Below, piece by piece: positions 42,355 to 52,600 of a DNA stretch of 64,000 nucleotides; positions within the stretch are counted from its first letter, which is position 1; every line of letters starts with the position of its first letter. The position numbers and the translations under genes are program-made. Source of the DNA: Prasinococcaceae sp. CCMP 1430 (lineage: Eukaryota; Plantae; Prasinodermophyta); the NCBI GenBank assembly GCA_013416795.1, contig RQSC01000032.1:781397-845396 (forward strand), in the 5' to 3' direction. Below the pieces are notes generated by a model. That model worked only from the letters and a program-made list of their open reading frames with translations. It had not been told where the DNA came from and did no database searches.

Positions 42355-43096
42355 CGCGTCCCGGGCTTGGCGGGCGGGACCCTCCAGGCACTCCCCACCC
42401 TGTCCTCGCGACCTCGGCAAACACCCAAAAAGCGAGAGCGCGCGCGGCCGGGTGCTCCGCGCTCCGCGCACGGCGCGCGTAGCGCTCGCCTCCCTGAAAC
42501 CCCACCGCCAACCACCCACACACGCCTCCTTCCCCTCCCCCGTCCCCCTTGCTCCGTGCCGCCGCGTGGCGCCGCCGTGCCGGGAAGGCGCCCGGCGGCC
42601 AGTGTGGCGCCACGTCCGCCCCTCGCTCTGCGGCGCCCCGCATCGCGCGTGTTTCGGCGGCGCGCAGGCGCTCACGCTGGGCGCTTTGGAACCCCTGAGG
42701 ACTTATTCAAAAATACAAAAACAAAGATGGATTCGCTGTAAAGAAGGGAATTATTGATGGAATCCACAGAATCCCTTTGCCTTTGCGCACGCGCGTGCGC
42801 GCGCGCGCGGCGCCGACTGCCGCCAGCCTGGCGCGCACCGTGCCGCCACACACGCGCGGGCACTCGCGCGCGCGCGCTCTCGCGCGCGTGGGTGTGCGCG
42901 CACGTGTGTCGACACGCGTGTGTGTGTGTCTTGGGGGGGGGGGAGTCACGTGTGGGGGCACGTGTGTGTGTGATTGCGTGCGTGTGCGTGCGCGTGCGTG
43001 CGCTCGCGCGCGTGCGTGTGTGCGCGAGTGCGCCCTCGCGCGCTGCCCGGCGAGGGCGTGGCCGGACGAGGGCGCCGCCCGGCGAGTGCGCTGGCG

Positions 43097-43882
43097 ATGC
43101 GCGAGGCGCAGGCGCTGAGCGTGGACCCGCGCGCGGCGTGCGCGGTGAGCTGGAGCGGCGGGAAGGACTGCAACCTGGCGCTCCTCCGCGCGTGGCGCGA
43201 GCCCTCGCTGGAAGTGCGCGCCCTCTGCGTGTTCCGCCCGCCGCGCGCCGCGTTCAGGGCGCACCCGCTTGCGCTGATGGAGGCGCAGGCGCGCGCGCTG
43301 GGGCTGCCGCTGCTGCACGCCGTCGTGGACGCGGAGGCGCACGCGGGCAGCTACGAGGCGGCCTACATCGCGGCGCTGGAGGGCCTGCACCGCGAGCACG
43401 GCATTGCGGTTGTGGCCAGCGGCGACATGGACCTCGTGGGCACCATGCCGCGCAACTGGCTGACACAGTGCTGCGAGGCGTGCTCGCCGCCGATGCGCGC
43501 CTTCCTGCCGCTTTGGGGCGCCGACCGCGAAGGGGTGCTGAGGGAGCTGCTCGACCAGGGCGTTGAACCCGTCTTCAGCTGCGTCAAGAGCCCCTTCTTC
43601 GACGAGTCGTGGATCGGTCGCAAGCTTGACGCCTCCGCGGTGGAGGAGATGAAGATAAAGCGCAGCAGCGGCGTCGGCAGCGACGAGGCAGGCCTCGACC
43701 TCTGCGGCGAGAGGGGGGAGTACCACACGATGGTGGTGGACGGCCCGCTATATGCGCGGCCGGTGGATGCGGCCAGCGGTCGCGCGGTCGAGCTCGTGGG
43801 TGAAAAGGGGCAGCCCGAAGGGCAGAGATGGTGGGTGCTGCAGCTGCCGCTCGGGCCGGAAGGCGAGGCGCTGGAGCGCTGA
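43097..43882 (+). CDS. PP-loop ATP pyrophosphatase of the diphthine-ammonia ligase (Dph6/MJ0570) family, bacterial-type
   Basis: SWSGGKD, AQARALGLPL, ASGDM, LPLWG, DLCGERGEYHTMVVDGP. TGTAA at about 43905. Confidence 0.88.
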   Translation: MREAQALSVDPRAACAVSWSGGKDCNLALLRAWREPSLEVRALCVFRPPRAAFRAHPLALMEAQARALGLPLLHAVVDAEAHAGSYEAAYIAALEGLHREHGIAVVASGDMDLVGTMPRNWLTQCCEACSPPMRAFLPLWGADREGVLRELLDQGVEPVFSCVKSPFFDESWIGRKLDASAVEEMKIKRSSGVGSDEAGLDLCGERGEYHTMVVDGPLYARPVDAASGRAVELVGEKGQPEGQRWWVLQLPLGPEGEALER

Positions 43883-43983
43883 GGATCGCCGCCGGTCGTA
43901 TCTTGTAACAATGAATGTACGTTAGTGCCTTGCGTCCTTTTAGTTGTACTACTGTATGGTTGTGTGCAGCGGTGCCGTCCACG

Positions 43984-45597
43984 TCAATCGTGGACGTCGG
44001 CTGGCTCAGCACCGGCGCTCTCATTCGATGCCGGCGCTGGCAGTGCGACCACGGGCGCTGCCGCCGCTACGAGGGGCGAAAAGGCAGGCATGACGTCGAG
44101 GCGGCCGACGGCGTTGTTGTTGTCCGCGCCAGAGCCGGCGAGCGGCATGACTTCGCTGTGGCACCAGTGCTCGCCGTTCACGATAAACTTGCACTCGAAC
44201 ACGGTCGGGTTGAGGTCCGTGTCGTCGTCAGCGGGGACGCGCGGCCCCGCGGCCTTCTTCGACGCGAAGAGCGACTTGAGCGACGCGGTGCGGATCGGGC
44301 AGGCGAGCGTGCAGCTCCAGCTCGAGCCCTGCGACCGCGGCAGGAGCGCGACTCGCCCTTTCCAGTCGTCCCAGCTGCCGGCCACCTCGACGCTCTCGAC
44401 TCGTCCCTCTTCGAGGTCCCTCGCGGCCGGGCTGAAATTCACGTCGAAGACCGCGATGACATCGAGGTATGCGTTGGCGATCAACGCATCGTCCATCATC
44501 GTCGCCTCTCGATTGTCCGATACGTCGCTCGCCTCGACCTCGATCACATCATCCTCGCTTGGTTCAACGACACCCGAGACCAACAGCTGAGGCCCTTCTT
44601 GATCTCTGAGAGCCTTGGGATCGCGCGTCGCCGCGGCTTCGAGTGCTTCGATCGTCGGCGCGGCTGCCTCGAGCATCGGCGCGGCTGCGTCGGGCGTCGG
44701 CAACGCCGCGTCTGACGTCACCGGAACTGCCGCGTCCTCAGGTGTGAGGATAGCGCCGCCGTCGGCTGTGCCACCCGCAGCGGACCCAGTGACCCTCATA
44801 GTCGTCACGGTCTCCGTGGTCACTGAGTGCTTCATCGTGATCTCGGCCGTTCCACCGCTCGCAGCGGCGGCGCCCGCGAGCCCGTAGACGTGCAGGGGGA
44901 GAACGCTGGCCGGGGACCCCGATGCCACCTCGCCAGCCTGATCAGGTCGCGCGAGCTCGCCCGGAGCTTGGTGAGGCACCAGGGCGCCGCTTTGGCGCGC
45001 GTCAGCAGCTGCAGCTGCGTCAGCAGCTCCAGCTGGGATCTGGAGCATCGCCAAGTCCGACACGCCGACGGCGCACTCCGGCGATGCGACGTGATCGAGG
45101 GACGTCGGCGCGGCGCCCTCCCGCCCGAGGCGCGCCCGAAGCACGAAGTTGCCCCCGTCGCTCGCCCCGATCCACGACGCGGGCGCGCCCTTCCGGAGGA
45201 CGACTATCTTGAACTCGGCCAGCGCCCCGCACGGCACGGCGATGTCCACCGACCACGCGTCCTCGGCGTCGGGACTTCCCGAATTCGCCATCGCGACGGC
45301 GCGGTCCAGGTCCCACTCGCCCAGCGCGGCGAGGCTCCCGCACACTGCCAGCTGTTCGCCGAACTCCACCCGGCGACGTGCCACGAGTCTCACCACGGCA
45401 GCCGCGCCCTGCTGCCCCTGGAGTGCAGCGCTTCCCTCCGTTTCCGCCGTGTTGCCGCCGACGGCCGACGCCCGGCACGTCCGGCGGTGGCTCGAGGTGG
45501 AGGGACTCCTCGCCCCGACAGCACCGCGTGGCCGCAGCGGCAGCAGCGGCTCGCGGCGCGCGCGCTGTGGCGCACCGCAGCGGCGTGCGGCGCACAT
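43984..45597 (-). CDS. Plastid-targeted non-catalytic starch-binding protein with CBM20 and CBM48 (AMPK-beta type)
   Basis: Arg/Ser/Ala transit peptide; CBM20 VEFGEQLAVCGSLAALGEWD..W..EFKIVV; CBM48 VEVAGSWDDW..ECKFIVNGEHW..NN. Confidence 0.75.
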   Translation of the reverse strand: MCAARRCGAPQRARREPLLPLRPRGAVGARSPSTSSHRRTCRASAVGGNTAETEGSAALQGQQGAAAVVRLVARRRVEFGEQLAVCGSLAALGEWDLDRAVAMANSGSPDAEDAWSVDIAVPCGALAEFKIVVLRKGAPASWIGASDGGNFVLRARLGREGAAPTSLDHVASPECAVGVSDLAMLQIPAGAADAAAAADARQSGALVPHQAPGELARPDQAGEVASGSPASVLPLHVYGLAGAAAASGGTAEITMKHSVTTETVTTMRVTGSAAGGTADGGAILTPEDAAVPVTSDAALPTPDAAAPMLEAAAPTIEALEAAATRDPKALRDQEGPQLLVSGVVEPSEDDVIEVEASDVSDNREATMMDDALIANAYLDVIAVFDVNFSPAARDLEEGRVESVEVAGSWDDWKGRVALLPRSQGSSWSCTLACPIRTASLKSLFASKKAAGPRVPADDDTDLNPTVFECKFIVNGEHWCHSEVMPLAGSGADNNNAVGRLDVMPAFSPLVAAAAPVVALPAPASNESAGAEPADVHD

Positions 45598-46149
45598 CAA
45601 AACGAATGGAGCGCAGGTGATGGCGCGTGATGGTGGAACGCAGGTGCCATCAAATCGCATCGTTTGGTTGGGCTTCGCGCGAACGTTGGAAAAAACGCAT
45701 GCGCGCCGATGGCGGGGCCTTGCGCGGAAGCTTCAGAGATACTAAATAATATTTAAGATCAACTTACCACACGGGCGACCCTTATCCACACTCGATCGCG
45801 TGCCGCGGCCGCGCGCGTGGCGCGCGCGCGCGCGGGCGGGGATTCCCCGCCACACGCGCACAGGCGCGGGGCCGGGGCCAGAGGGGGTTGCGAGCGGCGA
45901 GGCGCGACTCTCCCGCCACACCTGCGGACGGCCTCCCTCGCCCGGAGACAGATGGCGTCCACCGCGGGGCGCTGTGGCGCGGCGCGCGGCGGCCGCGCCC
46001 CAGGGCACCCGCACCACCAGGGCGGCGCCAGAATCCCGCCGCAGCTCCTCGAGGACGAGTGGGCGCAGCGGCAGCAGGTGCGCGCGCGCGCATAGGGATG
46101 CGAGTGCGCCCGCGCCCGGGCCACAGCGCAGGCGGCGGCGGTGGCCGCG

Positions 46150-46646
46150 TGCCAGCGGAGGGAGCGGCGGAGGGGGCGGAGGGAGGAGATCTTGTGCGAT
46201 GCGGTCCTTGTCACGGTACCACTGGGCGTGCTCAAGGCCGGCTCGATCGAGTTTGACCCACCGTTGCCGCGCGCGAAGCGCAATGCCATTGACAAGCTCT
46301 GCTGTGGCGGGCTTGAAAAGCTGGTGCTCGAATTCCCGCAGTCTTTCTGGAAGGATCATCCGGCATTCGCTGGACCCATGGTCAGCGTGGTCGCCGAGCC
46401 TGAGGAAGGTGCAGGCGCCGAGGCTGCTGAGGCGGCGAAGAGGACGGATGGTGACAGCGACAGCGACGACGACGCTGACCGCGGCGTGGAAGCTTTCGAC
46501 GGCGCATCGCTCACAAGCTCCGTCGCTGGGCGCTGCTTCATGTTCTGGAACGGCGAGCTCGTGCACGGAAAGCCGATATTGACGACGCTGCTCGCCGGCG
46601 AGGCCGCACATGCTGCACTGCGGCCCGGTGGCGGCGAAGCCGCCAA
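46150..46646 (+). CDS. Internal fragment of a flavin amine oxidase (LSD1/LDL/PAO-like), cut by gap
   Basis: CDAVLVTVPLGVLKAGSIEFDPPLP..AIDKLCCGGLEKLVLEFPQSFW, FMFWN..GKPILTTLLAGEAA. No upstream FAD-binding region visible. Confidence 0.82.
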
Positions 46647-46921
46647 NGCGCCAGAGCGCGCGCGCGCGCGCGGGCGCGCGAGCGCGCGCGGGGCGGGGCC
46701 CCCAGGGGGGGAGAGAGAGAGAGAGAGAGAGCGAGGGGGAGGGGGCCGGCGCGAGGGCTCCGGCAGGCAAGGGGCGGGGGGGGAGGTCCCGAGGCGCGCC
46801 CCTCCTCTTCGGGGGATTTCGAGGGGAGGCGCGGCGCGGCAGGCGCAACAGCTGCTAATTTGGCGCGGTTTCGCGCGCGCGCTTTTTTCCGAGGCGCGCA
46901 GCGATCGGGGCTCCGGCGAGA

Positions 46922-49900
46922 ATGCCGTACCGCGAGTACGCGCCCGGCGGGGCGTCCCAGCCGCTGCACTCGCAGTACATGCCGCCGCCGCCAGCGCAGC
47001 AGCCCCGGGGGCAGCCTCCGGCGCCGCCGCCACCGCAGCAGCAGCAGCCGCCACTCGCTCACCCGCTGCACGCGCCGCCGGGGCTGGGGCGCGCGCGCGC
47101 GCCGCAGCCGCAGACCCGAGGCGGCGGCCCGCACTCAAGCGGCGGGTCGTCGGTGTCGTACCCGATGCCGCCCCAACAGCACAACTCCGCACTGGGGCAG
47201 CGCCAGCACCACTCCGGCGGCCACCCGGGGGCGGCGGTGACCACCGCAGGCGGCGGCGGTCCGCCGCAGCCGCAGCCGCACGCGGGCGGCAGCTTCACGC
47301 GCGTGTCCGCCGGAGGTCAGGGCGGACTGGGCTCGTCGCTGGCGCTCCAGGAGGCCAAGCGGCTCAACGGCGAGCTGGTGCGCGCGCCGACCGTCGACCA
47401 CCTCTTCTACCTCATCGACCAGCGCGTGAGCGATTTCTCGCACATCAACAGCTCGACGGCCCTGCATCGGCTGGCGCGCCTGTCCAAGCAGGAGGGGCTG
47501 TTCACGCTCGAGGAGATGGTGATGGGACCGATGGGCCAGGCGCGCGCGTGGGCCTTCGAGAGGCTCATGGCCTCCATAGAGTCGCACCTGATCGAGTTCA
47601 ACACGCAGTCCCTGGCCAACATCCTGTGGGGCATGGCGTCGCTCTCCTACCACCCCGGTGACCTGTTGGACCTCATGGCGGTGGAGGCTTTGAAGCGCAT
47701 ACGCTCTTTCAACCCACAGGAGCTCGCCAACACGGTGTGGGCGCTCGCGAAGCTCTCGCGCTTCGCGCGCTTCACTCACCAGCAGCAGCAGCTGGTGGAC
47801 GCCATCGCAGTCGAGTGCAGGCGCAAGTTGGACGCGTACAATCCGCAAAACCTAGTCAACACAGTGTGGGCGTACGCCACCCTCGCGAGGCACCCCGGCG
47901 ACGCGATGCTGCAGGCGGTCGTCGAGAACAGCCACGCCAAGATCCAGGACTTCAATCCACAGAACATCAGCAACCTGCTGTGGGCGCTCGCGACGCTTCA
48001 CTACTACCCCGGGGACGCGCTGCTCGAGGCCGTGCAGGAGGAGGCCATGTGGAAGCTGCGCGACTTCAACAGCCAAAACCTCGCGAACACCCTCTGGGCA
48101 TTCGCGTCGCTCGGCCATCACCCAGGGCGGCTGGCGGACGCCATTGCGGCCGCGGCCGAGTCCAAGCTGCACAGCTTCACCTCGCAAGGTCTGTCAAACC
48201 TGCTGTGGGCCTTCGCCGCGCTGGGCCACCACCCGGGCACCCACATCGTCGAGTGCATCTCGGTCGAAGCCGAGCGCCAGCTGTACCACTTCAGCAGCCA
48301 GGAGCTCTCCAACACGTGCTTCGCGCTCGCAAAGCTGCACATGACGCAGGCGCACCCCGTGTCGCCAAGCGAGCGCCTGCTAATGCAGGCGATCGCCGCT
48401 GAGGCCGAGCGGAAGATCGCCAAATTCAAGCCGCGCGACCTGACCGACCTCCTGTGGGCGTTCGCCACCGAGGAGAACAGCGGCGAGAGCGACGGCGCGC
48501 GGCTCTCGGACAACGCGCTCGAGGTGGCGGCGTCGACGGTGGAGCGCTCCCCGGGGCAGTTCTCACCCGGAAACCTCGCTGTGGCCCTTTGGTCGCTCGC
48601 AGCGCTCGGCCACCGGCCGCGCGGGCCGGGCCTCTGCGAGGCGGCCGCCGCGGAGGCGCGCAGGCGCGCGGGCGAGCTCAAGGGCACCGATCTCGCCAAC
48701 CTGTTGCTTTCCTTCACCGCCTTCGAGGAGCCTGCCCTCGGTGCGCAGGCTTTGAGTGCCATCCAGCGCGGCGCCGACGTCTCCTCGCTGGTGGCCGAGC
48801 TGCCGGGTACCTTGATCTGCCAGGTGACCGCTGCTGCCGCCGACCTTGTGGAGGCCTCCGTAGAGGGCGACGCACCCACGCAGCTGTGGGAGGAGATGTA
48901 CGCGATCGACATCGACTCGCTCCTGCAGGGGCTGGCCGAGGAGCTCATCGAGCGTTTCCGCGCGCAGCTGTCGCGCGCGCAGCGCGGCGGCACGGCGGCG
49001 CGGCAGCAGCAGCCATTGGAGGCGCCTGCGGAGGACGATGTCCCGCTGTCAATGGCCGCCTTGGCGTCGCTGGGTCTCGGCAGGATGATCAGGGACCGCG
49101 CGCGCGACAGGGCCAGGAAGAAGAAGGCCGCAACCACCACCGAGTTAGGCGCCCCGGCTCCCGCAGAGGCAACCAACGACGACGGCGGCGCCGTCAAGCT
49201 CGCAACGGATGCCCTCAACGTGGCGGCCGACGTGCTGGCGGCCTCGCCTGCAGACCTTCCGCTGCATCCGCGCGCGACCGTCGAGGCCCTGTCGGCGTTC
49301 GCCGCCTCGGGTGTGCCGATGCGCCCAAGGACGGCGCAAACGATCCTACAGGCTGCGACGCGTGCCGTGCCCGCGATGACGGCCGGCGACCTGGCGGAGC
49401 TCATCGATGGCGTCGTGCGCATGGGTGTGCATGGCGGCAACCTCAAGGACACTGCCACGCAGCTGATCGACGCCGCGGGTGTGGGCATGTGCGCCGCGGT
49501 GCAGCAGGGCGATGAGCTGCGCCCTGCGGCGGCGGCGACGGCGCTGCGCGCCATCGCGCTCTCCGGGCGCCACCTGGGCCCGGGCCTGGCCATCGTGGCC
49601 GCGACTGCCGCGCTGTACGCACACAGCGAGCTCTCGGAGGGTAAGGTTCTCGACGCGTGCTGGGGTGCGGCCGTCCTCGGCGCGGGCAAATGCCCCGAGC
49701 GCCGCATGCTCCTCGCCGAGGTCGTCGTCGCCTCCTGCGGGCGCCTCTGCGGGCGCGAGGGCCAGAATGCGTCGACGGCGGTGCGAGCCGCGTGGGCGGC
49801 CGCGTGCCTGGCCGTGCGAGCTGCCGATGTTGGCGCCGACACAAGCGCCGACGATAGCGCGCCGCAGGCGCGGCAGCTCTCCGACGGTGTCATCGACGAC

Positions 49901-52600
49901 CTGGGTAGCATGTGGGCGGCCCTGCGCGGGGTCGACCCAATGGAGCTCGCAAATGAGGAACTCGAGCTGCTTTTCGAGCTCAGGATGGCCATGGAAGCGC
50001 TCGGGATCGCGGACGCCTTCCCCTCGGGTGCTAATACGTCGCTGATCGCCGCCGCGGCGGACGCATACGCCGAAGCGGAGCGCGAGCGGTGCAAGGGGCT
50101 GGAGGCCACCGCGCGTGCCGTCGCGGCGGCTCTGAATAGTAGCACGGACGCATCCACCACTACATGCGATGTGGTCGTCCTGGCAGAGCCTGAGGCCGAC
50201 AGACTGACGATAGACGCGCCTCCAGAGGCCACGCGTCTGAACGGCGCGCACGCGGACGCTGGGGAGAAGCACCTCGAGCGCTCGGACTGGCTTTTCGAGG
50301 GCCTGTCGGAGGATCCCAAGGGTGACGCCGTCGCGCTCGAATCGCTCGAACCAGAGAAGGAGCAACGCAGAAGTGCGAAGCAGACGGCGCAGCAAGAGGC
50401 GGCAAAGACGGTCGCCTCGGCGGCAAAAGCGCCGCCGGCCGAAGCACCACCCAGGGACGGGGTGAGCGAACGCACCAATTCCGTTTCCGGTGACGATCAT
50501 GCTGTCGCACTGCCTGCGCAAGACCAGCAGCCGCCGACCGAGGACAGCGCACGAAAGTGCGCCGAGCAAGGGGGTGCGCCCAGATGCCACCCTGCGCCGC
50601 CCCACGCGACGTACGTGGGCACGCGCGCGCCACCGCTTATCGCGGTCGCACTAAAGGATGGCACGCTCGCCATGGCCGTCGAGGACGACACTCTGTGGGC
50701 CCTCAACGCCGACGTGGCCATGGGACGCGCGGCAATGCGTCACGGGCTCGCCGCAGCGGCCCTCGCGCGCGGTGACTGGGCGGGCAGGCGCGTCGTGTGG
50801 GTCCGCGAGGGCGCACTGAAGCAACAGCTTGCGGAGTCGAGCGACGGCAATGCTCTGGCGGACTTCGTCGAGCGACTGGCCGACCAGGGATTCGGCAGCA
50901 CTGCGGACGAGCTCGAAACCGGCACAGGGGAAGGTTTGGAGGCTGCCACGCAGCAACTACGGCGCCTGGCAGGAGGTGGATTCATCGGCCCGCCTGCTTC
51001 GGCGGTAGCAGCAGGGGGGCGCGAGCTGATTGCGCCGGGGAGCTCGCCGCTCGACGTGAGTGGGGCTCAGTACCCGTTCGGCTACGGCACCACCACAGAC
51101 GCGTCGCAGAACCGGCATTCTACACCCCCCTCTCCGACGCCGTCATCCAAGGCCACCGGTAGCCCCGAGCTGTCGGTTGGCGCGGCACCTTTTCAGCCCG
51201 CCTCCCGCAGGTCTCCTCCGGGTGCAGGGTTCGCGAGCTCACCGGGAGGTTGGCAGCAGGAGCCCTCGCCGCGTGAAGGCGGGGCCGCAGGCTTTTCGTC
51301 GTCGTACCAATCAGAGGAGAGCTATGGCCTCGGCATGATGTCATCTGCAGGCATCGCGCAGCAGAGAGGCGCGGGCGCGTTCCTCTCCAGCGTGCCCGCG
51401 CCGAGGTATTACGACGACGACAGCACGGGCGCCGGCTCGCACGTGGCACGAGTTGGTGGTCAGGGGCTGCCCTCCGCGTCCAGCGCGGCCGAGCAGCTGG
51501 GTGTCCCCGCTGGCTTGTTGGCGTCGTCCCCGGGGGCGTCAGGGTACGACCTGGGGGCTGCTAGAGGTCAGTACTACGGCGGAGGCAGCGGCAGCGGCAT
51601 GATGCGCGCGGCGAGTACCGGCGGCTCGTCGTCCTTCGGCGGCGTCGGCAGCGTCAGGCCGGCGATGGGCGGCGCGTCCTCGCAGATGGGGCGCTTTGCA
51701 AACATGCGCCCCAGCCTCAGCCAGGCTCCTCGTGCCGCAGAGCACGGCGCCGCCGTTTCCTCCTCGGAGGTCGAGGTGGCTCAACTTGGCTCCCGCTTCG
51801 CCGGCATGTCCACGCGCCAGCAGCAGTACTCATTCCCCGAGTTTCGCGAGTCTAGCGGCAGTGGTGGCACCATCAGCTTCACCGCGCCGGGCGAGTGGAC
51901 GTCCTCGTCTGGGGTCACGGGGCCGCGCGCACAGCAGGAGCGCCCCCTGCAGTCGCGGCAGCGGCAGCAGGCGCAACTCCGGCAGCAGCAGTCCCAGCAT
52001 CGGGGCCAGTATGTGCCGTCCCAGACCACTGCTCCCCACTCCGAGTCGGGTTATGAACGAATGCAGCAGGCAGGCTTGAGCGCAGGGAGGAGCCAGACCC
52101 TTCCACCGCTAGGCTATCGCGGCGGCGGCGACTCTCTGCACCAGGCCTCGGCCCGCGCGCAAGAGCGCGACAACAGGACGTTGTGGGCGGGCGGAGGCAA
52201 TGGTAGTGGCCGCCCGTATGGCACCGACTGGGGATCCGGAGGCGGCGGCGCCGAGGCCAGTGGGGGAGGGGGCGGCTGGGCATCCGCTGGCGGGAGGGGA
52301 GGTCACCGTTCGTCGCAGCCGCCGCCGATGACAAGCTTTCTTCCGGCCACCTTGCTGTCTGAGCCCGATGTGGTCGGCGGACGGAGCGAGCCGGCGCCTG
52401 CTGCTGCATCGTCCAGTGCGGCGCCAACGTCTGCCGCTCCACAGCTGCTCTTCGGCGGCGGCCTCTTCTCTGGCAGCAGCTCCTCGGGGCGGAGCGGCGG
52501 GGGAAGCACCACCAACCCCGCGAGCTTCTTTCCATCTCAATCATCATCTTCTTCCTCGCAGCAGCAGCAGCAGCAGCAGTCTACCTACGGGCAGTTCTAG
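46922..52600 (+). CDS. OPR-like (38-aa helical repeat) protein with degenerate RAP domain, PAM2-like motif and low-complexity termini
   Basis: About 10 repeats of F-x-PQ-x-L-x-N-x-x-WA-x-A-x-L at 37-46 aa spacing; LAMAVEDD..GDWAGRRVVWV (RAP-like); in-frame TAA at 46856 upstream of the ATG; TGTAA at about 52976. Confidence 0.85.
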   Translation: MPYREYAPGGASQPLHSQYMPPPPAQQPRGQPPAPPPPQQQQPPLAHPLHAPPGLGRARAPQPQTRGGGPHSSGGSSVSYPMPPQQHNSALGQRQHHSGGHPGAAVTTAGGGGPPQPQPHAGGSFTRVSAGGQGGLGSSLALQEAKRLNGELVRAPTVDHLFYLIDQRVSDFSHINSSTALHRLARLSKQEGLFTLEEMVMGPMGQARAWAFERLMASIESHLIEFNTQSLANILWGMASLSYHPGDLLDLMAVEALKRIRSFNPQELANTVWALAKLSRFARFTHQQQQLVDAIAVECRRKLDAYNPQNLVNTVWAYATLARHPGDAMLQAVVENSHAKIQDFNPQNISNLLWALATLHYYPGDALLEAVQEEAMWKLRDFNSQNLANTLWAFASLGHHPGRLADAIAAAAESKLHSFTSQGLSNLLWAFAALGHHPGTHIVECISVEAERQLYHFSSQELSNTCFALAKLHMTQAHPVSPSERLLMQAIAAEAERKIAKFKPRDLTDLLWAFATEENSGESDGARLSDNALEVAASTVERSPGQFSPGNLAVALWSLAALGHRPRGPGLCEAAAAEARRRAGELKGTDLANLLLSFTAFEEPALGAQALSAIQRGADVSSLVAELPGTLICQVTAAAADLVEASVEGDAPTQLWEEMYAIDIDSLLQGLAEELIERFRAQLSRAQRGGTAARQQQPLEAPAEDDVPLSMAALASLGLGRMIRDRARDRARKKKAATTTELGAPAPAEATNDDGGAVKLATDALNVAADVLAASPADLPLHPRATVEALSAFAASGVPMRPRTAQTILQAATRAVPAMTAGDLAELIDGVVRMGVHGGNLKDTATQLIDAAGVGMCAAVQQGDELRPAAAATALRAIALSGRHLGPGLAIVAATAALYAHSELSEGKVLDACWGAAVLGAGKCPERRMLLAEVVVASCGRLCGREGQNASTAVRAAWAAACLAVRAADVGADTSADDSAPQARQLSDGVIDDLGSMWAALRGVDPMELANEELELLFELRMAMEALGIADAFPSGANTSLIAAAADAYAEAERERCKGLEATARAVAAALNSSTDASTTTCDVVVLAEPEADRLTIDAPPEATRLNGAHADAGEKHLERSDWLFEGLSEDPKGDAVALESLEPEKEQRRSAKQTAQQEAAKTVASAAKAPPAEAPPRDGVSERTNSVSGDDHAVALPAQDQQPPTEDSARKCAEQGGAPRCHPAPPHATYVGTRAPPLIAVALKDGTLAMAVEDDTLWALNADVAMGRAAMRHGLAAAALARGDWAGRRVVWVREGALKQQLAESSDGNALADFVERLADQGFGSTADELETGTGEGLEAATQQLRRLAGGGFIGPPASAVAAGGRELIAPGSSPLDVSGAQYPFGYGTTTDASQNRHSTPPSPTPSSKATGSPELSVGAAPFQPASRRSPPGAGFASSPGGWQQEPSPREGGAAGFSSSYQSEESYGLGMMSSAGIAQQRGAGAFLSSVPAPRYYDDDSTGAGSHVARVGGQGLPSASSAAEQLGVPAGLLASSPGASGYDLGAARGQYYGGGSGSGMMRAASTGGSSSFGGVGSVRPAMGGASSQMGRFANMRPSLSQAPRAAEHGAAVSSSEVEVAQLGSRFAGMSTRQQQYSFPEFRESSGSGGTISFTAPGEWTSSSGVTGPRAQQERPLQSRQRQQAQLRQQQSQHRGQYVPSQTTAPHSESGYERMQQAGLSAGRSQTLPPLGYRGGGDSLHQASARAQERDNRTLWAGGGNGSGRPYGTDWGSGGGGAEASGGGGGWASAGGRGGHRSSQPPPMTSFLPATLLSEPDVVGGRSEPAPAAASSSAAPTSAAPQLLFGGGLFSGSSSSGRSGGGSTTNPASFFPSQSSSSSSQQQQQQQSTYGQF

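Noticed and set aside
42780-43030. Purine-pyrimidine alternating (GC/GT) tract with Z-DNA potential
   Set aside because: Such tracts are common in the spacers and introns throughout this window; nothing specific here.
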